Assembly (NCBI GenBank): GCA_040752415.1
Contig: JBFMGU010000297.1
Span: 1-12,485, forward strand
Source of the DNA: Myxococcota bacterium
GTDB taxonomy: Bacteria > Myxococcota > JACRCW01
Direction: 5' to 3'
Length of the DNA stretch: 12,485 nt
Shown one piece after another: positions 6,913 to 12,485 of the stretch. Each line of letters begins with the position of its first letter. Positions within the stretch are counted from its first letter, which is position 1. Made by a program: the position numbers and the translations under genes. The notes below the pieces were generated by a model. It had not been told where the DNA came from. It ran no database searches and saw only the letters and a list, made by a program, of their open reading frames with translations.

Positions 6913-7413
6913 ATGAGACCGGCTCCTGCCCTGCTGCGCGGCCTCTTCGTCGGCGCGCTGCTCATGACCCTGACGCTCCCCGCGGCCGCCAAGCCGTGGA
7001 AGGGCATGACCCCTGGCAAGAGCACCAAGGCGGAAGTGGCCAAGAAGTTCGGCAAGCCCACGCGCGAGCTGCCCAACCAGGGAGATTGCGTGACGCTGGC
7101 CAGCTACCAGGGTGACGAGGCCATTGCCGGCGCGCGCCAGTCGCAGTTCTGTTTTGACGCCAACGGCAAGCTGCTGAAGATCGTGGTCTTCCCGGACACC
7201 TCGCTGGACCGCGAGACGGTGAGCGAGGCGTTTGGCGACGAGTACCGCAAGCGCCTCACCGACGACTTCGTGGTCTACTGGCACTACGAGAAGGACGGGC
7301 TGGTGGTCTTCTTTGACAAGGAAGGCAAGCTCGTCAGCGCGGTGCAGTACATCGAGCCGCGCGCGGCCAGTGGCAAGAAGGGCGGCGCCAGCGGTCCTGC
7401 CGACGGGGAATGA
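6913..7413 (+). CDS. Secreted hypothetical protein with two BLIP/BamE(SmpA)-like repeats
   Basis: ATG at 6913. Signal peptide ending LPAAA|KP, motif GMTPGKSTKAEVAKKFGKP, and an internal repeat V...FG...Y...FD..GKL. Strong codon bias; ATGA overlap with coaE. The fold assignment is inference. Confidence 0.75.
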   Translation: MRPAPALLRGLFVGALLMTLTLPAAAKPWKGMTPGKSTKAEVAKKFGKPTRELPNQGDCVTLASYQGDEAIAGARQSQFCFDANGKLLKIVVFPDTSLDRETVSEAFGDEYRKRLTDDFVVYWHYEKDGLVVFFDKEGKLVSAVQYIEPRAASGKKGGASGPADGE

Positions 7414-8042
7414 CCCCGCCATCCATGGAGCTCTGGGGCCTCACCGGCGGGATTGCCTCCGGCAAGAGCACGGTGAGCCGCATGCTCCGCGCGCACGGCG
7501 CCACCATCATTGACGCCGACGCGCTGGCCCGCGAGGTGGTGGCCCCCGGCACCGAGGGGCTGGCCGCGGTGGTGGAGCGTTTTGGCCCGGACGTGCTGCT
7601 CCCCGACGGAAGCCTGGACCGCAAGAAGCTGGGGGAGCGCGTGTTCTCCGACGCCACCGCCCGCGCCGACCTCAACGCCATCACCCACCCGCGCATCGCG
7701 CAATTGGCCCTGCAGCGCACCGCGGAGGCGGAGCAGGCCGGGGCCCGCGTGGTGGTCTACGACGCGCCGCTCCTGGTGGAGAACCGCCTGCACGAGCTGA
7801 TGGGCATGAAGCAGGTGCTGGTGGTGGCGTGCTCCCGGGAGACCCAGCTGCGGCGCCTGATGCAGCGCGACGGGCTGACCCTGGCCCAGGCACGGGCCCG
7901 CCTGGCCGCGCAGCTGCCGCTCAGCGAGAAGAAGAAGGCGGCCACGGTGGTGTTCCAGAATGACGGGAAGGTGGAGGACCTCCAGCGACAGGTGGACCAG
8001 TTCTGGACGGGCCACGCCCCCGGATCCGAACGACCGAATTGA
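7410..8042 (+). CDS. coaE: Dephospho-CoA kinase
   Basis: GLTGGIASGKSTV P-loop, IIDAD..AREVV, LDRKKLGERVF, LNAITHP, DAPLLVE, RLMQRD and RLAAQLP. Confidence 0.97.
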   Translation: MTPPSMELWGLTGGIASGKSTVSRMLRAHGATIIDADALAREVVAPGTEGLAAVVERFGPDVLLPDGSLDRKKLGERVFSDATARADLNAITHPRIAQLALQRTAEAEQAGARVVVYDAPLLVENRLHELMGMKQVLVVACSRETQLRRLMQRDGLTLAQARARLAAQLPLSEKKKAATVVFQNDGKVEDLQRQVDQFWTGHAPGSERPN

Positions 8043-8060
8043 CTTGCGCCTGCATGGGAG

Positions 8061-8076
8061 CCTACAGGGATGTAGG
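8061..8076. promoter_or_regulatory. Perfect dyad CCTACA-N4-TGTAGG upstream of the CRP-family gene (candidate operator or hairpin)
   Basis: Inverted repeat visible in the sequence. It overlaps a possible -10 element (TACAGG, 8063-8068) 18 nt after TTGACT (8039-8044). Confidence 0.3.
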
Positions 8077-8166
8077 TGAGGGGAGTCTTCCGGGGGCCAG
8101 CACGGCCACCCCGGCATTCCCCACCAGGTCAAGGGGCAATCCCAGCGACTGGAAGAGGAGTTTGCG

Positions 8167-8817
8167 GTGACGGACCAGAATCAGGCCCTGTTCGAGCGGT
8201 TTGGCAAGGCATTCCCCCCGGGGACGGTGCTCTTCCATGAGGGCGACACCGGCAAGGAGATGTACGTCATCCAGTCCGGCAAGGTCCGCATCTCCAAGAA
8301 GGTCCGTGACGTCGAGAAGACGCTGGTGGACCTGCCCGCCGGTGAGTTCTTTGGCGAGATGTCCATCCTCAATGACAAGCCGCGCTCCGCCACCGCCACC
8401 GTCATCGAGGAAGCCAAGCTCCTGGTGATTGACCCCAAGACGTTCGAGGCCATGGTCCGCGGCAACGCGGAGATTGCCATCCGCATCATCAAGATGCTGT
8501 CCAAGCGCCTGGAAGAGGCGGACAAGCAGATTGAGAACCTGCTGCTGAAGGACCACAACAGCCGCGTGGTGCACCTGCTGGCCCACCTGTCCAAGACGGG
8601 GAAGCCCGCGGCCGGCGGCATCCTGGTGACCATCACCGTGCAGGACATGGCGGCGAAGGCGGGTCTCGAGGTCGAGAAGATTGACGAGGTCATCCAGAAG
8701 CTCATCCGCGCCAAGCTGGTCAGCACGGCGGAGGGCGGCTTCGTGGTGGCCGACCCCAACAAGCTGCGTGAGTTCCTGGAGTTCCTGGAGATGAAGGAGA
8801 AGTTCGGGGACGTCTGA
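8167..8817 (+). CDS. CRP/FNR-family cyclic-nucleotide-binding transcriptional regulator
   Basis: GAGGAG RBS then GTG. cNMP domain LFHEGD.G.EMYVIQSGKV and phosphate-binding cassette GEFFGEMSIL...PRSATA, followed by a C-helix and a C-terminal HTH-like segment ITVQDMAAKAGLEVEKIDEVIQKL. No FNR-type Cys cluster. Confidence 0.9.
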   Translation: MTDQNQALFERFGKAFPPGTVLFHEGDTGKEMYVIQSGKVRISKKVRDVEKTLVDLPAGEFFGEMSILNDKPRSATATVIEEAKLLVIDPKTFEAMVRGNAEIAIRIIKMLSKRLEEADKQIENLLLKDHNSRVVHLLAHLSKTGKPAAGGILVTITVQDMAAKAGLEVEKIDEVIQKLIRAKLVSTAEGGFVVADPNKLREFLEFLEMKEKFGDV

Positions 8818-8893
8818 GGCAGGCCTGCTCCAGTCGTCGTCGTCGACGCACCTCCAACTCCACACCCATCCGTCACACTGGAGAATCCTGCCC

Positions 8894-9658
8894 ATGAAGA
8901 TCCGCGTGCTGGGATGCCACGGCGGCACCTCGCCCGATCACCGCACCACCTGCTTCATGCTGGGTGAGCACCTGGCGGTTGACGCCGGGGCCATCTGCTC
9001 GGGGCTGAGCCTGGATGAGCAGCTCAACGTGGATGACATCCTCTTGAGCCACAGCCACCTGGACCACATCCACGAGCTGGCCATCCTGGCGGACAACGTG
9101 GCCAACCGTCGGAAGAGCCCGGTGAACGTGCACTGCACGCAGGCCACCGCGGATGCGCTCAAGAAGCACTTCCTCAACAACGTGATGTGGCCGGACTTCA
9201 CGGCCATCCCCTCGGCGTCCAGCCCCACGTTGAAGGTGAAGGTGCATCCCCACGGCCGCAAGTTCCAGGTGCAGAACTTCGAGGTCACGGCGGTGCCCAT
9301 GAAGCACCCGGTGGAGAGCACCGCCTACCTCATCAAGGACGAGGGCGGCACCGTGGTGTTCAGCGGAGACACCGGCCCGTCCACGGCGCTGTGGGAGCAG
9401 GTCAACAAGCTCAAGGACGTGCGCGCGCTCTTCATTGAGTGCAGCTTCCCCAACAGCCTGCAGAAGGTTGCCGACGTCAGCGGGCACCTCACGCCGCAGA
9501 CCATGAGCGGAGAGCTCAAGAAGCTGACCGTGAGCGGTTTCCCCGTGGTGGCCTACCACCTCAAGCCGCCTACCTTCTCCGAGACGCGCAAGGAGCTGCG
9601 TGCGCTCAAGATGCGCGAGCTGCACCTGGCCCGCGTGGGCGATATCTTCGAGGTCTGA
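8894..9658 (+). CDS. Class II 3',5'-cyclic-nucleotide phosphodiesterase (metallo-beta-lactamase fold)
   Basis: MKIRVLGCHGG, VDAG, SHSHLDHI (class II PDE HxHLDH signature), FLNNVMWPDF, SGDTGP, IECSFPN, GHLTP and YHLKP. GGAG RBS. Confidence 0.85.
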   Translation: MKIRVLGCHGGTSPDHRTTCFMLGEHLAVDAGAICSGLSLDEQLNVDDILLSHSHLDHIHELAILADNVANRRKSPVNVHCTQATADALKKHFLNNVMWPDFTAIPSASSPTLKVKVHPHGRKFQVQNFEVTAVPMKHPVESTAYLIKDEGGTVVFSGDTGPSTALWEQVNKLKDVRALFIECSFPNSLQKVADVSGHLTPQTMSGELKKLTVSGFPVVAYHLKPPTFSETRKELRALKMRELHLARVGDIFEV

Positions 9659-9740
9659 AAGGCGCGCTGAGGCATCCGGTCCAGCTCGTCACCTCGCTCT
9701 CCTCGCGGGTGACCACGGATGCAGGGCGCTGCGGGTCATC

Positions 9741-10595
9741 ATGAACTGGTACGCAAGACAAGACGCTCCCCGACAGGCCGTGGGGCCCGACAAGAAGCTC
9801 AAGGTCCCCACGGAAGGCCTCTGGCTCCGTTGCGACGGCTGCAACGAGATCATCCTGCGTCGTGAGGTGGAGAAGAACCTCCAGGTTTGCCCGCGGTGCC
9901 AGTACCACTTCCGGCTCACCGGCCGGGCCCGCATCCTGGCCACGCTGGACGAGGGCACCTTTGACGAGCGGGACGCGTTCATGGAGAGCGACGACCCGCT
10001 GGGCTTCAAGGACAGCAAGAAATACAAGGACCGCGTCAAGTCCACGCAGCGTCAGACCGGGGAGAAGGACGCGTTCGTGTGGGGCTTTGGGAAGCTGCAG
10101 GGACGTCCGGTGGCCATGGGCGCGTTCATCTTTGCGTTCCAGGGCGGCTCCATGGGCAGCGTGGTGGGTGAGAAGATTGCCCGCCTCATCGACGGCGCGC
10201 GCGAGGAGCGCGTTCCCTGCATCCTCTTCGCTGCGTCGGGTGGGGCACGCATGCAGGAAGGCGTGTTGTCCCTGATGCAGATGGCCAAGACCTGCGGCGC
10301 GCTGGCGGCGTACCGCGAGGTGGGCCAGCCCTACTTCTCCATCCTCACCGACCCCACCACCGGCGGCGTGGCGGCGAGCTTTGCCATGCTGGGCGACTTC
10401 ATCATCGCCGAGCCCAAGGCGCTCATCGGCTTTGCGGGTCCGCGCGTCATCGAGCAGACCATCCGGCAGCAACTCCCCGAGGGATTCCAACGCAGCGAGT
10501 TCCTCCTCCAGCACGGCCAGGTGGACATGGTGGTGCCGCGCGGTGAGCTGACGGCCACCATTGCGCGACTCATTGACCTGACCACCGGCGCATGA
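9741..10595 (+). CDS. accD: Acetyl-CoA carboxylase carboxyltransferase beta subunit
   Basis: Start trimmed to ATG 9741. Zinc finger CDGC...CPRC, GGSMGSVVGEKI, SGGARMQEG, PTTGGVAASFA, IGFAGPRVIEQT and LPEGFQRSEFLL. Confidence 0.97.
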   Translation: MNWYARQDAPRQAVGPDKKLKVPTEGLWLRCDGCNEIILRREVEKNLQVCPRCQYHFRLTGRARILATLDEGTFDERDAFMESDDPLGFKDSKKYKDRVKSTQRQTGEKDAFVWGFGKLQGRPVAMGAFIFAFQGGSMGSVVGEKIARLIDGAREERVPCILFAASGGARMQEGVLSLMQMAKTCGALAAYREVGQPYFSILTDPTTGGVAASFAMLGDFIIAEPKALIGFAGPRVIEQTIRQQLPEGFQRSEFLLQHGQVDMVVPRGELTATIARLIDLTTGA

Positions 10596-11857
10596 CGCCG
10601 TATCCCCAGGTTCTCGTCGAGCTGTTTGCGCGCCAGGCGCACAAGGGCATGAAGCTGGGCCTGGACCGCGTGCGCGCGCTGCTGGACGCACTGGGCGCGC
10701 CGGATGCGCGGTACCGATCCATCCTGGTGGCGGGAACCAACGGGAAGGGCAGCACGTGCGCGTTTGCCGAGGCGCTCCTGCGCTCCGCGGGCGTGCGCAC
10801 GGCGCTGTACACCAGTCCGCACCTGTGTCGATTCACCGAGCGCGCCCGTGTGATGGACCAGGAGATTCCGCGGGAGCGTGTCTCCGAGCTGTACGAACGC
10901 GCGCTGCGCGCGGCCGAGCGGGTTGGCGTGGAGCCCACGTTCTTCGAGCTCACCACCGCCATGGCGCTGTGCCATTTTTCCGACGAGAACGTGGAGCTCG
11001 CGGTGCTGGAGGTGGGCCTGGGCGGTCGACTGGATGCCACCAACGCCACCGAGCCCGTGGTGTGCGGCCTGGCCCCGGTGGACCTGGACCACATGGCGCT
11101 GCTGGGGCCCACCGTCGTCGACATTGCGCGGGAGAAGGCGGGAATCCTGCGTCCCGGTCGCGTGGCATGGAGCGCGCCGCAGGGGCCGGAGGTGCACGCG
11201 GTGTTGCGTGAAGAGGCCGCCAAACGCGGCGCCGAGCTGCATTTCCTCGACGAGAATGACGCGGTGACGCTGCCGCTCTCGCTCTCCGGTCCCCACCAGC
11301 GGCTCAACGCCGCCCTGGCCCTCAAGCTGGTGCACGCCGCGGGAGTCCACCCGGACCCTGTGCAAACCGCGCGCGCTCTCGCCACCACGCGCTGGCCGGG
11401 CCGTTACGAGTGGTGGACCGCGTCTCGTCCGCCGGTGCTCCTGGATGGAGCCCACAACGCGCATGGCGCGGCGGGATTGGGCCGGGCCATGGCGCAGGAT
11501 GAACGGCTGCGCTCCGCGACCCGGGTGGTGTGGCTGATGGCGGCATCCAACGGTCGTGACGCGGGGGAGCTGGTACCGCCGGTGATGGCCGCGGGCGCGC
11601 GGGGGCCGGACGCGGTGGTGGCCACCCAGGCTCGCGTGGCGACGGCGGTGAAGGCGGAAACCGTGGCCGAGCAGCTGCGCGCGCGGGGGCTGCAGGCCGT
11701 CCGCGTTGGCGGGGCGGTGCCCCAGGCGCTCAGCGCGGCGCAGGGGCTGGCCGGGGAGGGTGGGGCGGTGGTGGCGTGGGGCTCCCTGTACGCGCTGGGA
11801 GAGGTCCGGGCCGCGCTCACCGGGGAAGAGCTGGATGCCACCTCTCTCGCCGGCTGA
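10592..11857 (+). CDS. folC: Bifunctional folylpolyglutamate synthase/dihydrofolate synthase
   Basis: AGTNGKGS, YTSPHL, TFFELTT, EVGLGGRLDATN, LDH...LG, IAREKAGI, WPGR, DGAHN and GSLY. Classic accD-folC linkage with an ATGA overlap. Confidence 0.96.
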   Translation: MTPYPQVLVELFARQAHKGMKLGLDRVRALLDALGAPDARYRSILVAGTNGKGSTCAFAEALLRSAGVRTALYTSPHLCRFTERARVMDQEIPRERVSELYERALRAAERVGVEPTFFELTTAMALCHFSDENVELAVLEVGLGGRLDATNATEPVVCGLAPVDLDHMALLGPTVVDIAREKAGILRPGRVAWSAPQGPEVHAVLREEAAKRGAELHFLDENDAVTLPLSLSGPHQRLNAALALKLVHAAGVHPDPVQTARALATTRWPGRYEWWTASRPPVLLDGAHNAHGAAGLGRAMAQDERLRSATRVVWLMAASNGRDAGELVPPVMAAGARGPDAVVATQARVATAVKAETVAEQLRARGLQAVRVGGAVPQALSAAQGLAGEGGAVVAWGSLYALGEVRAALTGEELDATSLAG

Positions 11858-11883
11858 ATTTCGCGCGACGGGCGATCCAAAAG

Positions 11884-11913
11884 TTGCTCCGGTGATCCCC
11901 ACATGGCTACGCT
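11884..11913 (+). promoter_or_regulatory. Candidate sigma70-type promoter for the AMIN-domain gene
   Basis: TTGCTC (11884-11889), an 18-nt spacer and TACGCT (11908-11913) in the 121-nt spacer after folC. Confidence 0.3.
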
Positions 11914-11978
11914 TGGGTTCCGGTGTGTGCTGAGGGCACCCTGCCCGACGCCCCTCTCCGGGTTTTGAGGTCCAGGCC

Positions 11979-12485
11979 ATGAGATTTGGCAAGCTTGCGG
12001 TGGTTGCGTGTCTGCTGATGCCGGGCGTGGTTGCTGCCCAGGAGCTCAACACCATCTCCAAGGTGGAGGTCAGCGGAGAGGGAGACAAGGCCACCGTGCT
12101 GGTCACGGGAAGTCGTCGGCCCACGTTCCAGGCGTACCAGCAGAAGGCGCCGGTGCGGGTGGTGGTGGACCTGGTGAAGAGCCGCCTCAGCAACGTGCCC
12201 GCCAAGACCGCGCCCGAGGGCAACACCGTGGTGAAGGAGATCCACGCGAGCCAGATGGGCGGCGCTGGACGTGAGCTCACCCGCATCGAGATCGTCTTCC
12301 ATGACGACGTGGACTACCAGGTGGACGCCGACGGCAACGCGCTGCGGTTGACCGCCACCCGTCGAGCCAAGCCGGCGCAGCCGCTGGTTGCCGAGGAAGA
12401 GAAGAAGAAGGCCGAGGAGGCCAAGGCCGCTGAGCTGGCCAAGGCCGAAGCCGAGAAGAAGGCCAAGGAAGAGGCGGAGAAGCTC
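11979..12485 (+). CDS. Secreted AMIN-domain protein with a K/E/A-rich helical region; truncated by the window edge
   Basis: Not in the ORF track; translated by hand from ATG 11979 (GAGG upstream) and open to the end: MRFGKLAVVACLLMPGVVAA|QELNTISKVEVSGEGDKATVLVTGSRRPTFQAYQQKAPVRVVVDLVKSRL...VKEIHASQ...TRIEIVFHDDVDYQVDADGNALRLTA...EEEKKKAEEAKAAELAKAEAEKKAKEEAEKL. The P.RVVVDL and RIEI...Y.V...GN.L.L patterns fit an AMIN domain. Confidence 0.8.
   Translation, partial: MRFGKLAVVACLLMPGVVAAQELNTISKVEVSGEGDKATVLVTGSRRPTFQAYQQKAPVRVVVDLVKSRLSNVPAKTAPEGNTVVKEIHASQMGGAGRELTRIEIVFHDDVDYQVDADGNALRLTATRRAKPAQPLVAEEEKKKAEEAKAAELAKAEAEKKAKEEAEKL

Noticed and set aside
6787..7422. N-terminal 212 aa of the 381-aa ORF containing the cytochrome
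   Set aside because: It is antisense to the 6913-7413 gene and crosses the divergent promoter region. The cytochrome's own leader begins at about 6786.
8770..8845. Short tandem repeats (GAGTTCCTG twice; GTC four times) as a repeat array or CRISPR
   Set aside because: They are too short and have no spacers. The first simply encodes EFLEFLE.
8862..8877. TCACA half-site upstream of the PDE gene as a CRP box
   Set aside because: There is no matching TGTGA half-site at the N6 spacing.
11979..12011. LAVVAC as a lipoprotein lipobox
   Set aside because: The Cys is at residue 11, inside the hydrophobic region. A signal peptidase I site (VVAA|QE) fits better.
11979..12485. Calling the last ORF pilQ
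   Set aside because: The AMIN domain resembles PilQ N-termini, but no pilMNOP genes precede it, a K/E/A-rich tract follows, and no secretin domain is visible in the window.

Overview
High-GC bacterial core-genome window. DAG-rich linkers, the AMIN protein and the gene set suggest Myxococcota/Deltaproteobacteria (inference). Two divergent gene arrays meet at about 6787-6912. The minus strand carries a tetraheme c554-type cytochrome, System II cytochrome c biogenesis genes (resB/ccs1 and an enlarged ccsA/resC), engB, a parvulin-less SurA-like chaperone, rimI, and two tandem paralogous uncharacterised membrane proteins; the second is truncated by the window edge and missing from the ORF track. 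The plus strand carries a secreted two-repeat hypothetical protein, coaE, a CRP/FNR-family cNMP-binding protein, a class II (metallo-beta-lactamase fold) cyclic-nucleotide phosphodiesterase, accD, folC, and a truncated AMIN-domain protein with a K/E/A-rich tail (also missing from the ORF track). I saw no mobile elements, CRISPR arrays or RNA genes. The best leads are the charge-complementary paralog pair, the four-helix insertion in CcsA, the unusual genes co-transcribed with the ccs genes, and the CRP/PDE pair with a possible RBS-sequestering stem.
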